A DNA stretch of 64,000 bases. Source: Octopus vulgaris (lineage: Eukaryota). The position numbers were made by a program, and so were the translations under genes. Each line of letters begins with the position of its first letter. Within the stretch, counting starts at the first letter, position 1. This document shows positions 25,494-38,365 of this stretch, piece after piece. The notes under the pieces are model-generated. The model saw only the letters and a program-made list of their open reading frames with translations, was not told the DNA's origin and did not search any database. The stretch lies in assembly GCA_951406725.2 (NCBI GenBank), contig OX597817.1, positions 30,256,001 to 30,320,000 on the forward strand. Direction: 5' to 3'.

Positions 25494-25887
25494 CATATAT
25501 ATATATATGTCCAACCCATGCTAGCATGGAAAGCGGACGTTAAACGATGATGATGATGATGATGATGTGTGCATGTGTGGGTGTATGTATAGGTATGAAA
25601 AATATATAATATGATGATGAATATGTGTGTGTGTATATATGTAGTCACAAGCATGGCACATGTGGTAAAAAAGTTCACTTCCCAATGTTCTTCATCAAAG
25701 GATGAAAGCTAGTACCCATGATCAATCACATGGCCACCAAAACTGAAGGGAGAAAGTTATCCCCAGTTTGGAAACCCTGATCACATGCTTGAAAATGAGA
25801 GGATCTACTAAAGGCATCCTAAGAGCAGATGATGTAGCTAAGCTAGGGGACAGATTAAGTAAAATCTGTGGATTAATAGCTGAAATA

Positions 25888-27141
25888 CAGGGGTTGAACA
25901 AAATAATAGAAGCACCTTAAAATTTCAAACAAATTTATTTCAGTATGGAGTAGGACTCCTTTAGCAGTAATTACAGCTTGAATTTTACAAGGTATGGACT
26001 CATACAAAGTTTGAATTGTTTCCAAAGGAATTTTTGTCCATTCTTCAGCTAAAACAGTCTTCAGTTCTTATAGTGATTATGGATGGAGGATATCGACTCC
26101 TTATTTGTTTTGCTAAAATGTACCATAAATATTCAATAATATGCAGCAGATCTGGGGACTGTGGTGGCCAGAAAAGATGTTTAACTTCACTAGAATATTC
26201 CTCGTGCCATTCAGTAACACTTTAGCCATGTGAATTGGTGCAATATCATCCTGAAAGATTGTGCTTCCCTCCAGACACAGTTCTACAACCATAGGATGAA
26301 TTTGATCAGATAAAAGGCTTAAATAGTCTTGACTATTAATTCTTCCATGATGGGAAACCATTGAGCCAGCAAACTTCCAAGATATAGCCACCCCCACCCC
26401 CGAGATCATCACAGATCCTCCTCCATGTTTAACAGTTAGAAGAAGGCATTCTGGGTCAAATGCTTCTTTTGGCTGTCTCCACAAAGTGGTCAGAAATAAG
26501 GTAAAGGATGACTTGTCTGAGAAAATAACATTCTTCCACTACTCCAGGTACTAATTCTCTAAGTTTTTACTCCACTCTAAATGCTTTGCAACGTTTGATT
26601 TAGAAAGTGGTGGTTTTCTGATTGCAGCCCTCTCATGAAATCTAGCTTTGTGCAGCTCCTGGAGAACAGTTTTTATGGAAACTGGGTTCTTGAGGTTGTC
26701 ACTAAGCTCTGCAGCAATTCTGAGTGCTGTACTTTTGTGATCCTTTCTAATAATTCAAGTAAGCGTCCGACAGTCCCTATCTAAAAGTTTTGGTTTTCTT
26801 CTAGAGTTTTATTTCACGCTTTCTCAAAGGCTGTCATAACTTTTGAGACAGTACTTCTTGATACACAGAAAATTTCAGCTGTTTTCATTATGCTAGCGCC
26901 TGCCATATAAGCACCAACAATTTGACCTTTTTGAAAGTCCGAAGATTTGTCATTTTAATGAATTTTAATTACCTTTTTCTGATGATATCTGAAAAGAAAC
27001 AGCAATTTTAGCAAAACATATAAAGCAATACTAATAATAAATCAAAAAACATAAAAATAAACAAGCTTTTGACAGTTTTATAGATATTTCAAAATTATGA
27101 TGTATGATGCTAGGGGTTTCCATTATTTTGTTCAACCCCTG
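25888..27141 (-). mobile_element. Tc1-family DNA transposon with pseudogenised transposase
   Basis: TIRs CAGGGGTTGAACAAAATAAT / ATTATTTTGTTCAACCCCTG; TA TSDs at 25886-25887 and 27142-27143; peptides TVKHGGGSVMI and IFQDDIAPIH. Confidence 0.92.
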
Positions 27142-28446
27142 TACATTCATATGTGAGGAGCATTCCAGTGAATCAAAAATAAAGTGATACCAATCAGTAA
27201 ATAAACTGATAGCAGTGAACTAATATCTTATAAATAATTCTGCTTGTCACTGCATTACTTAGCTTGTTGGTAATGCTTTCATGTCATTAGAGAAAAAGAG
27301 GAAGAAAGAAAAAAGAGAGGGGGAGAGAAAAAGGAGAGAGAAGCGTCCATGACATGAAGTAAAGGGAATGTAATTGTAATATTTTCATGTAATTAGTTGA
27401 AGGGAAAAAGAAGAGAAAGAAAAAGGAGAGAGAAAAAGAGGATAAGGCGAAGAGTGAGAAGAAAGTGGGAGAAAGAAAAAGAAGGAGAGAGAAGCATCCA
27501 TGATGAGAGGTAGGGGGAACGTAATATTTATTACGTGGTTAAAAAAGTTAGTTGAAGGTAGAGGAGGAGGGTTAAAAATATATTTTTAGCAGAGGGGTGA
27601 TGTTCTGATGGTGAGTTAAAGAAAGGCAAAGAGAGCAGAGGGAGACAGAGAGAGGGAAAGAGATGATGATGGTGATTGGATTGTGAAAAGTGTAATTTTT
27701 TAAAATTCAACTAACTTTTTTATATCACTTATCAATCAATTTTCATTTAATTCATATGAAAATATAATAATGCTTATTTGCATGTATGTTTTATTTTCTA
27801 AGAATTTACACTTAATTTTTAAAAGGACTATTATGTTGGTTAGATTTTAAAATAGAAATTAGAACGTGTATTTTTCATTAACTGGCAAGCGTAAGGTGTA
27901 TCCAACCTAATCCAAGTCTAGAATTACTTTTCTGCTTACTATAGATTAGATTCATGTTCTTTTACGTCTCCATTTCATCTTTGTCAATATAGATCTCAGA
28001 GTTCTCTCCTTTACCCTTCTCAACAAGAATTATCATTAAGATAAATGATTTTCTTTTCCTTTCAGGTGTAACTTTTATTGATTCAGACAGTGTATTATAT
28101 TTTGTTACCATCAGATTTACCTGTATGTACTGTATTCCATATATATACCCTCCATAAAAAATGTTCCTGTATCATCTTATTCCATTTCAGCAGGAGGCAA
28201 AAAGTTTGATATTCCATGACTAGTACTATTCTTTGTCACTGGCCAAAAGAACCATAACTTTCCAAAGATCATTCAATCTAGATGAAAGACACAATATATC
28301 TTGAAACTATTACACTATTTTATGGAGCTTAGTTTAAATCCTTTATGCCAAAAAGAAAAAAGTCTCTAAACTAGTTTCTTCTCTATTGGTAGGAATATTT
28401 TTGCATAGTTTGACAATGAAGGATAGAATAATTTTGAACATTATAT

Positions 28447-28829
28447 ATGTGGAACTCCGTCGGTTACGGTGACAGGTTTCCAGTTGATCCAATCAACGGA
28501 ACAGCCTACTCGTGAAATTAACGTGTAAGTGGCTGAGCACTCCACAGACATGTGCACCCTGAATGTAGTTCTCGGGGAGATTCAGCGTGACACGTAGTGT
28601 GACAAGACTGGCCCTTTGAAATACAGGTACAAGAGAAACAGAAAGAAAGAGTGAAAGAAAGTTGTGGTGAATGAGTACAGTAGGGTTCACCACCACCCCA
28701 TGCCAGAGCCTCGTGGAACTGTAGGTGTTTTCGCTCAATAAACACTCACAACGCCCAGTCTGGGAATCAAAACTGCGATCCTATGACCGCGAGTCCACTG
28801 CCCTAACCACTGGGCCATTGTGGTTCCAC
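28447..28829 (-). mobile_element. tRNA-derived SINE (head A, tail 1)
   Basis: Homologue of 2769-3154; TSD GAACATTATAT at 28436-28446 and 28830-28840. Confidence 0.9.
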
Positions 28830-29898
28830 GAACATTATATTACTTCATAAAGAAACAAGGTACTCAGTGACATTTACTTCCCAAATTAGGTTGAACTGAT
28901 AGTCTAAATTGCTACACAAGTTGCAGAAAATTCTCATCAATAGTTTATAATAAGCCAATATGAAATTAATGAATAGATAGATAAAAAAAAAATACATTGT
29001 GAAATTTATACAGGTGTTTTTTTTTTACACGGAATATATGATTGGTATATATCAAATATGCCACTAATATTTTCTGTACTACAAAATAAATTATTAATTA
29101 GCATTAATGTGCAGATTGAAAGTAATGATAGGATTAACCTTAATAGAAGCAACTGAGAGATGCTACAAATGACAAATGGAATCAATAACCATTATGCACT
29201 GCTAAATTTCCTAGATAGAAAAATTTACTAAGACTTTCGTTTAAAAATCTACAATGTAATTTCAGTGTTAGCTGTGTTCAGTGTACTGAAAATATTTTAA
29301 TACAAGATCAGATGATATAATGAACAAATTTAGTAGAAATTTCTTTCTAAGCATATCTATATTAGAAAATGTCTTAGTTGGAAAAAATAGATAATTTCCA
29401 AGTTCTTTGTAATTAACATTAGTTACTTTAAATTAGCAATCTATAAAAAAAAAATTTTGTGTACAAAATATTTTTCAGCTTAGTATGTATGACATTTCTG
29501 AGATAATCATCTTGATAAATATTCACAAATACAAGATGTTGATATATCAGCTTATGTAACATACCATAGAAGTATTTTTAAGAAGAGTTGACGGTTCTAC
29601 TTTAAAATAATCTGACAGATGTCATGGGCAAAGGCATGGGCTGTGGTTCCCTATAAATAGTAGCAGGTTTGATCACATTCCCTGGTAATTTGGACAAATG
29701 TCTTCTACCATAACACTGGGTCTGCCAAAGTGAGGAGTGAAATTTGACAGAAATAGCACTGAAGTTCAAAGAATGCTTGTGTGTATCTGTCTGTAATTAT
29801 ATATATTATATAAATATGTGTGTATTTATACGTATGTGTATATAAATGTGAGTGTGTGTGTATGTGTGTGTGTGAGTTTATGTGTATACATGTATATA

Positions 29899-30775
29899 CA
29901 GGATGGGTGAAAAGTAGGCATCAAAAACAGGTAATAAAATCCATATTATTTTTACTAATTTATTGAAACAAATGATGCATGTTCTTTATTACATGGGGAA
30001 AATGAAAGTAAATCTTCATATTTTAATGTAAGCACCAGTGACATCAACCAGTTTCCTCAAATGGCTGGGGTGGAAGGAACAACCTTCTAAATGACATCAT
30101 CTGGGATATCATTGAGAACTTCCTGAATCTGTGTCTCCAAGTCCTTCAAGGTGTGAGGTTTTGTCTTGTACAACTCCTCCTTTGTGTAACCCCACAGGTA
30201 AAAAATCACATGGAATGAGATCTGGACTTCCTGGAGTTCTGGACTTCTGAGCTTCTGTGGTCACAGTCTTCAGGTTTTAGCTCCACAAACGAAAATTCAA
30301 TTCTTTATGCAACACCATACGTATTGTGTGTCTTGTTAGTCCATTTTTACGAGCAGCTTGATGTGTTGATTTTTGTGGGCTGTGATTTAAAATTTCCTGC
30401 ACTTTTGCCATGTTCTCCACTGATCGGGATGTGGTTGGATGGTCACTTGTTCTTGCATCGTTCATAGAGCCCGTGGTCATCAACTTTGCATGACAACTTT
30501 TTATTGTCTCTGGACGTAGTGTTGCATGCTCACCTTTCCATGCACGCCACCATCACTGAACCAAAACAATGGAATTCCACACTTCATAGCATACTGTTAT
30601 CTCAGCTCACTCCTGAACACTCAAGCGACCAGCCATTTACAAAATAAGAAATAGGACAATAAGAAAATACGAAATCCCCATTAGTGTTGTCTGTTAAAAA
30701 ATGTTTTCATGACTTCAGTCATACAAAAAATTCTATAAGCAATTTCTGATACCTAGTTACTTTTCACCCACCCAG
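29899..30775 (-). mobile_element. Internally deleted Tc1/mariner-superfamily transposon (maT/Tc3-like)
   Basis: TIRs CAGGATGGGTGAAAAGTA / TACTTTTCACCCACCCAG; peptides TGSMND..RSVENMAKVQE..SPQKST and SPDLIPCDF..GYTKEELYKTKPHTLKDL. Confidence 0.8.
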
Positions 30776-30810
30776 AGTGTACTACACAAGGTCAATACTA
30801 AAAGCCTATA

Positions 30811-31860
30811 CCCAGATGTAACTGTCAGGACCCAGGATCCTGTCCACTTGACCGACAATATATGACTAAATCAGCCATATATGTGGCAGAAGTTACTGCA
30901 ATGCTAGTTGATAATACAACAGATAAGAAGACCTATATTGGATTATGTGAATGAGAATTTAAATACTTTTTTCTACTCTAAGCATAAGGCTCAACATTTT
31001 GGGAGAAGGGTCCAGTCGATTAGATCAACCCCACAGTAGACAACTGGTACTTAATTTATCGACCCTGAGAGGATGAAAGGCAAAGTCGACCTCGGTGGAA
31101 TTTGAACTCAGAATGTAAAGACTGATGAAATACCCATAAGCATTTTGCCTGGTGTGCTAACGTTTCTGCCAGCTCCCTGCCTTGGAGAATTTAAATATTT
31201 ATTTCTTTATTGCCCACAGGAGGCTAAACATAGAGGGAACAAACAAGAACAGACAAAGGGATTAAGTCGATTACATCAACCCAGTGCATAACTGGTACTT
31301 ATTTAATCGACCCTGAAAGGATGAAAAGTAGAGTCAACCTCGGCGGAATTTGAGCTCAGAACGTAAAGACAGACAAAATACTGCTAAGCATTTCACCCGG
31401 CATGGTAAAGTTTCTGCCAGCACGCTGCCTTGGAGAATTTAAGTATTTTTTTCTACTCTAGGTACAAGACCCAAAATTTTTGGGGAGGGGGCCAGTCTAT
31501 TAGATTATCCCCAGTATGCAACTGGTACTTAATTTATCGACCTTGAAATGTAGCCTTGGAGAATTTAAGTACTGCTATGCCTCTTTCCAACATAAGGAAA
31601 AAAAGCAAAGTTACTAAGTTTGCTAGCCATGTATGGAGTTTGAAATGTAAAGCAACACCACATTATTAAGTGATTAAGTGGAAAATAATTGAAAAATCTA
31701 CACCTTATGTTAATGGATCAAATAAATGTAAGTTATGTTTAACTGAAAGAGCTCCAATTCTTTTCAGATCTAACATCCCTAACTCACTGCTGAACACCAA
31801 GTCTGAAATTTTCAGTGGTTATAAACATATGTTGAAGTATATTTTGAAGAACTGGAAAAT
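30811..31860 (+). pseudogene. Penelope-like retroelement GIY-YIG endonuclease domain, interrupted by three SINEs
   Basis: PRCNCQDPGSCPLDRQYMTKSAIYVAEV..KKTYIGLCE*EFKY (30811-30966), resuming at about 31558 with GEFKY..SHVWSLK..IKWKIIEKSTPYVNGSNKCKLCLTE..LLNTKSEIFSGYKH. Confidence 0.85.
30967..31557 (-). mobile_element. Three tandem family-N SINEs (30967-31183, 31198-31431, 31446-31557)
   Basis: Family core in each; each bounded by GAGAATTTAA[A/G]TA. Confidence 0.85.
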
Positions 31861-31872
31861 TCCACCTATACA

Positions 31873-32414
31873 CCCATCCGTTCGTGGCCTTTTGCCAGCC
31901 CTGTCTGGCCCCCATGTCAGTGACATGTAAAAGCACCATCCGTTCGTGTCCTTTTGCCAGCCCTGTCTGGCCCCCATGTCGGTGACATGTAAAAGCACCA
32001 TCCGTTCGTGCCCGTTGCCAGCCTCGCCTGGCCCCCGTGCCGGTGACACATAAAAGCACCATCCGTTCGTGGCCGTTTGCCAGCCCTGTCTGGCCCCCGT
32101 GTCGGTGGCATGTAAAAGCACCATCCGTTCGTGCCCGTTGCCAGCCTCGCCTGGCCCCCGTGCCAGTGACACGTAAAAGCACCATCCGTTTCGTGGCCGT
32201 TTGCCAGCTATGTCTGGCACCTGTGCAGGTGGCACGTAAAAAGCACCCACTACGCTCGCGGAGTGGTTGGCGTTAGGGAGGGCATCCAGCCGTAGAAACA
32301 CTGCCAGATCTGACTGGGCCTGATGAAGCCTTCCAGCTTCACAGACCCCAGTTGAACCGTCCAACCCATGCTAGTATAGAGAACGGACGCTAAATGATGA
32401 TGATGATGATGATG
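31873..32414 (+). mobile_element. RTE LINE 3' UTR with about six ~61-bp tandem units
   Basis: Units CCATCCGTTCGTG..GCCAGCC..CTGGCCCC..GGTG[A/G]CA..TAAAAGCA, then the family 3' end and (GAT)n. Confidence 0.85.
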
Positions 32415-32639
32415 ACAAGATTAACTTCTTGATATCTTTCCAGCCTTCATCGTCACCATCACCATCACCATTTAGCATCCGCTTACCATGCTGGCATGTA
32501 TTAAATGATTTGATTGAAACTGATAAGCTGGAGAGGTGCACTAGGTTGCAATTCGAGTTGGCATGACTCTCTCTCTCTCTCTCTCTCTCTGTATATATAT
32601 ATATAATGTATGTATGTGTGTATGTATGTATTTCGCCAT

Positions 32640-32822
32640 GATGGACCACTGAAATCTACAAGGTTTTTTCATTCTTTGTTTCTTTTCTCTTATTCCTTTC
32701 TGTTGAAGAGCGTAGGCTTGAAACATAAAAGACTTTTTCATTTTTCCTGAGCATCAAACTAATACACTTGCTTGGCGTTCATACACTTGTCTTCATCTTT
32801 TGTTTTTCTTCAAATTCCAGCT
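32640..32822 (+). mobile_element. Hammerhead-bearing element family F (HHR at 32696-32731), ending in (TA)n
   Basis: CTTT-CTGTTGA-A-GAGC gtag GCTT-GAAAC-AT-A-AAAG; homologue at 50085-50258. Confidence 0.7.
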
Positions 32823-33675
32823 ATATATATGACATATAGCTATAATTATGCGAGTTTAATTGTTTATGTTTGTTTCTGTGTTGTTCTTTGTTACTAAAGT
32901 TGTATTTGATCAAAATATTTGTAATTTTCTTGTTGACAAACATGGTGATCAAAGTTTCTATATCTATTATTGAACTCTGCTGGTGTCCGTTAAAAATTGG
33001 AGCCCATAATAGATGGAAATAGAAATCTAGTACCTTTTGTTTGTTGCCTAAATTAAGTAATGTGTTTGAATGGCTGCCAATGGAAACAAAATGAATTAGC
33101 AATTCAGGCAACAGATATCTGGAATCATATCTCTCTAGCTTCATGCATAAATATAATGATATATTTATAAAAGAATTGAAACAGCTGAGTGGTTATGTTG
33201 TTGCTTTCTTGTCTCAAGAGACTTGAATCTAACTGCATTAACAATTGAGTTTAAGAAACATTAACGAATGAAAAATCAAAATAAATATGTAAAGAATAAA
33301 ATGATAGATGTATAATATAATATTGAGATTGTGGGCAGCTTAGCTATAAGGTAAACAGATAAACAGAGACAAGAGTTTAGCACTTCATCGACTGCCACTA
33401 TGTTACGTCAAAAATATAAAAGGCAATTAGCTGTGGATGGCTCTCTCCACAAAGCTTAAAACAGATAATAGAGAATGATATAGGTTACTGTTCTGGTTTT
33501 ACTCCAAGTTATTCTTGATTGAGCTGACCAGTAATCAAAGTTGTTTCATTTATAACCATCACATCTTATTTTAGTTGGGAAGGATACATGAAACTACATT
33601 ACCTAATATTTGTGTCCTTTCCTTTTCAAAAAATTCATGTGATTTGAGGGTAATTTAGCTATTATTTCTAGCGGC

Positions 33676-34077
33676 TAAGGCGGTGAACTGGCAGAATTAT
33701 TAGCATGCCAGGTGAAATTCTTCGCGGTATTTTGTCTGCCATTACGTTCTGAGTTCAAATCCCGCTGAGGTTGACTTTGCCTTTCATCCTTTCGGAGTTG
33801 ATAAATTAAGTACCAGTTACACACTGGGGTCGATATAATTGATTTAATCCATTTGTCTGTCCTTGTTTATCCTCTCTGTGTTTAGCCCCTTGTGGGTAGT
33901 AAAGAAATAGGTATTTTGTCTGCCACTATGTTCTGAGTTCAAATTCTGCCAATGTCAACTTTGCCTTTCATCCTCTCAGGGTCAATAGATTAAGTACCAG
34001 TGAAACATTGAGGTTGATTTAATTGACTAGTCCCCTTTCCCACAAATTTGAGGCCTTGTGCCTCCAGTAGAAAGGAT
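33676..34077 (+). mobile_element. Dimeric family-N SINE (tail A, then internal restart, then tail B)
   Basis: Head TAAGGCGGTGAACTGGCAGAA..GAGTTCAAATCCC; direct repeat ATTATTT[C/T]TAGC[G/A]GCT at both ends. Confidence 0.85.
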
Positions 34078-34139
34078 TATTTTTAGCAGCTGGAGTCACC
34101 CCATATCTCTTTCAAGTTAATCAGCAAAGATATCAGTAA

Positions 34140-34356
34140 CACTCTTTACTCTTTACTCTTTTACTTGTTTCAGTCATTTGACTGCGGCCATGCTGGAGCA
34201 CCGCCTTTAGTTGAGCAAATCGACCCCGGGACTTATTCTTTGTAAGCCCAGTACTTATTCTATCGGTCACTTTTGCCGAACTGCTAAGTGACGGGGACGT
34301 AAACACACCAGCATCAGTTGTCAAGCAATGCTAGGGGGACAAACACAGACACACAA

Positions 34357-34409
<53 letters not shown>

Positions 34410-34575
34410 TACGACAGGCTTCTTTCAGTTTCCGTCTACCAAATCCACTCACAAGGCATTGGTCAGCCCGGGGCTATAGCAGAAGACACTTGCCCAAGAT
34501 GCCACGCAGTGGGACTGAACCCAGAACCATGTGGTTGGTTAGCAAACTACTTACCACACAGCCACTCCTGCGCCT
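34140..34575 (-). mobile_element. SINE family C, full length
   Basis: Reverse complement of 15772-16256. Confidence 0.88.
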
Positions 34576-34751
34576 AAACATTTAGTGGTGTTTGTTGTCA
34601 AGCAATGTTGAGTGCCAAGTCTCCTGGTACTGAAAGAGAAAAAAGGGATTTAGTCATTTATTTTTCACTCTTTAATCACTTTACAAAGGATTAGTCTACT
34701 GAAATACACCCACCCCAATAATTCCATCAATTCCTAATTTTAACTTACAGG

Positions 34752-35150
34752 TACAGGCGTGGCTATGTGGTAAGAAGCTTGCTTCCCAACCACACGACTC
34801 TAGGTTCAGTCCCACTGCTTGGTATCTTGGGCAAGCGTCTTCTACTGACCAATGCCTTATGAGTGGATTTGGTAGACAGAAACTGAAAGATGCCTATCGT
34901 ATATATACATGTGTATATGTTTGTGTCTAGGTTTCAATCCCGACCCCCACCCCCACCCCCACTGCTTGATAACCAGTGTTAGTGTGTTTATGTCCATATA
35001 ACTTCATGGTTCAGTGAAAGAGACAAATTGAATAAGAATCAGGCTTTAAAAAATATAAGCCCTGGGGTCAATTTGTTTGACTAAAAACCCTTCAAGCAGT
35101 GTTCCAGCATGGCCGCAGTCAAATGACTGAAATAAGTAAAAGATGAAAGA
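34752..35150 (+). mobile_element. SINE family C, diverged subfamily
   Basis: Colinear with 14927-15330. Confidence 0.8.
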
Positions 35151-35224
35151 AGAGCTATAAAATATGAAAGTGCTTTGACAACAAACAAATAGTTCATGTG
35201 TACCCATTGCCATTGGCTGTTTAA

Positions 35225-35443
35225 CCCTTTAGTATTTAAACCGGCCATATCCGGCCAGAATATTTCATCTGCTTTATGTTCAAACTGACCAGATCCAGGC
35301 TCTCACACCTACCCTTCAATGTTATTCTACATTAAGTAATTACACCATCAAGATCTTGAAGATATGAGATAAAGCATGATTAATTCAAATCAATGGGAAT
35401 CAATAGGCATTATGTTTGATGGAATAATCTGAACACTAAAGGG
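35225..35443. mobile_element. piggyBac-type MITE
   Basis: TTAA TSDs at 35221-35224 and 35444-35447; termini CCCTTTAGT / ACTAAAGGG. Confidence 0.8.
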
Positions 35444-36003
35444 TTAATTTTGGTTGTGGACAAGTTGCTTTCTTTTATACTTCTAAACTTACTTAGATGT
35501 GAGGAATATATAACAAACCTGAATAAATATGTGTGATAAATTTTAATTTTTTAATTATTGAGCACAAGCAATGTTTATGAGATTTGCGGCTCTGCATTGA
35601 CTGGGGAGATTAAGTTTGCTGAACAGCTTAAATTACAGTAGGTGCTTAAATAATGATGTTTATAAAATATGTAATGTATACACAAATGTGGAAATGTGCT
35701 AAAAGTCACCTTTTGCTGAAGAAAAATTCTCAAAATGATTTGTATGTTAAAAAGCATAGAGCTTGCTCAAAATATCATTAAAGGACCACGAAATACAGTG
35801 TTTTGACTTCGTTTGAGTTTCTCAGGGATGAATGCCTATATTAAGCCGAAAAATATTCATTCTAGTATAAAAATATGTAACCAAAACTTTCACTAATTTG
35901 TGTAAACGCTGAGCAGAGTAGAATTAACTTGATATACACACTTAAAGCAACAATTGATCAAAATAAGTTTGTATATAATATTCATATACATATACATATT
36001 TAT

Positions 36004-36046
<43 letters not shown>

Positions 36047-36108
36047 TATAAATATCATATATGTGTGTGTGTGTGTAATAAATAGTAAAAAAAAAAAAAA
36101 AGTAAAAA

Positions 36109-36390
36109 GACCCCCTTCGGTCATGAATGACCATGGGATTGCACCAAGAAAGTTACCCTCCTAGACACAAGTCCGGGCAAGGTTGTTTATGGAAGACCAG
36201 CAGTCGCCCATGCATACCAGCCTCCCTCTCCACGCCACCAGTGTTATCCAAGGGAAAGACAAAGGTCGATACAGCTTGGCACCAGTGACGTCGCAACTCG
36301 TTTCTACAGCTGAGTGAACTGGAGCAACGTGAAATAAAGTGCCTTGCTCAAGAACACAACACGCAGCCCGGTCCGGGATTCGAGCTCACA
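36109..36390 (-). mobile_element. 5'-truncated SINE (B-type body, tail 3)
   Basis: GAGCAACGTGAAATAAAGTGCCTTGCTCAAGAACACAAC shared with 38117; tail GACCCCCTTCGGTCATGAATGACC shared with 46128. Confidence 0.8.
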
Positions 36391-36460
36391 AAAAGATAAT
36401 ATCTGATTTGTCGTTGGTTGGGATTGTTTTAGCTTCAGACGCTTCTGAGCACAGTATATG

Positions 36461-36678
36461 TTTCTTTATTACTCACAAGGGGCTAAACATAGAGGGGACA
36501 AACAAGGACAGACAAACGAATTAAGTCGATTACATCGACCCCAGTGCGTAACTGGTACTTAATTTATCGTCCCCGAAAGGATGAAAGGCAAAGTCGACCT
36601 CGGCGGAATTTGAACTCCGAACGTAACGGCAGACGAAATACGGCTACGCATTTCGCCCGGCGTGCTAACGGTTTTGCC
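36461..36678 (-). mobile_element. SINE family N, tail A, young (CpG-rich)
   Basis: Family core GAAAGGATGAAAGGCAAAGTCGACCTCGGCGGAATTTGAACTC. Confidence 0.88.
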
Positions 36679-36767
36679 TATATATATATATATATGTATG
36701 TATATATATATATATATACCATCGTTGTCATCATCATCATCATCATTATCATTATCACCATCATCAT

Positions 36768-37031
36768 CCTGGTTTCTGTGGCGTATGTTTTCCCCCCAGC
36801 TGGACGGGATGCCAGTCCATCGCAGCATTATTCAAGAAACAGGAAATGAGAGTGAGAGAAAGTTGTGGCGAAAGAGTACAATAGGGATCGCCACCACCTC
36901 CTGCCAGAGCCTCGTGGAACTTTTAGATGTTTTCGCTGAATAAACACACACAATGCCTGGTCTGGGAATTGAAACTGCAATCCTTCGACCGCGAATCCAC
37001 TGCCCTAACCACTGGGCCATTGTGCCTCCAC
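36768..37031 (-). mobile_element. tRNA SINE (head A, tail 2)
   Basis: Head as in 2769-3154; 3' part CCTGGTTTCTGTGGCGTATG..CCAGCTGGACGGGATGCCAGTCCATCGCAGC as in 38117. Confidence 0.85.
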
Positions 37032-38116
37032 TATATATGCAGTTACCATGGTAGAAAATAAGAGATTGAGAAGTATAGTTTTGGAACCATTTATGAGGTT
37101 TCATTACTATTCTGTCCATTTCTAGACTTGATGATAAAATTCAAAACTGTTTTCTTGATATGTTTGGTCATCATGATGCGGAAAGACACGAAGTTTTCAT
37201 GTGACTATTCAAGATTGTTCTCAAATTAATTATTCATGGAATTAGTCCATGTGATGCAGTGTGAGATCTTCCAATCCAAGCAACGTGAGGAGATACAAAA
37301 CACTGCCAGACAAATTTGAATGTTTTATTGATATTTATGTGCTGCAACACTGCTTTAGCTGAAGTTTTCAAGGGTGATGACACTTGAGAACTTGTGAATG
37401 ACATATAGTAGTTCCAGTTAAAGATATACAATTGCTGAGGAGAAAGATAGATGTTTAAGTTGATGCAGTTAGAAATTATTTGCATCTTTTGCCATGAACT
37501 TGTTGATGCGTAAACAATTTATCCTTTGATTTTATGGTTTAAAACGTTACAGTTTTAGAGAATTGGATACACCAGAGTATATTTTAAAAAAGATGAGATA
37601 AATTCCTACAGAGGAAGAGTGAGAAATTAAAGGCTTTGCAAAGATCGAAGTTAGCTCAAGGGTATACTTTTTGGTGGTGATATGAGATTCACTATCTAAA
37701 CCAGTCATCTAATTTGTTAAGCGTATTCAGCATAGAAGATGGAAGTGAAGCAGATAAACTAATGTGAAGGCTTCTTTTAGTGAGGGTTCTAGCACAGAAA
37801 AATCATCTTGGTGATGGTGGACATCAGGAAAATGCTGCAAAATTGGTAGACTTACATACTAAGGTGCTGAAAAGCTCTGCTCAAATTCAAAAATTTGGAA
37901 ATGCATGACAGCTTTGTAAGATGCAAAACATGATTCACTTTCCTGATAGTAGTCTTGAAGATTTTATTGTGGTGAGCGAGAAGTTTCAAAATATGGAGTA
38001 AACCTCGGCATCACAGGATCTCTCTTGATCAATACAAATTCCTCAAAACAGAAAAACTGTAACACAAAGTCTAGTTTCTTCAGATCAAATAAATAATTTC
38101 ATAATAAATAAAATAA

Positions 38117-38365
38117 ATGCGCCCTTTTAAAGCCTAGCCAGGTTCATGGGCCCGGTTTCCTGGTTTCTGTGGTGTATGTGTTCTCCAGCTGGATGGAACA
38201 CCAGTCCATCGCAGCGTTACTGATTTTTGCCAGCTGAGTGGACTGGAGCAATGTGAAATGAAGTGTTTTGCTCAAGAACACAATGTGTCACTTAGTCCAG
38301 GAATCGAAACCACAATGTTATGATTATGATGCTGACACCCTAACCACTAAGCCACGCGCCTCCAC
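38117..38365 (-). mobile_element. tRNA SINE (head B, tail 2)
   Basis: Minus-strand head GGAGGCGCGTGGCTTAGTGGTTAGGG..GGTTTCGATTCC. Confidence 0.85.

Noticed and set aside
30952-30954. In-frame TGA in the Penelope GIY-YIG as a selenocysteine codon
   Set aside because: The three duplicated target copies read GGA (Gly) at this position, so it is a point mutation and not at a Cys site.
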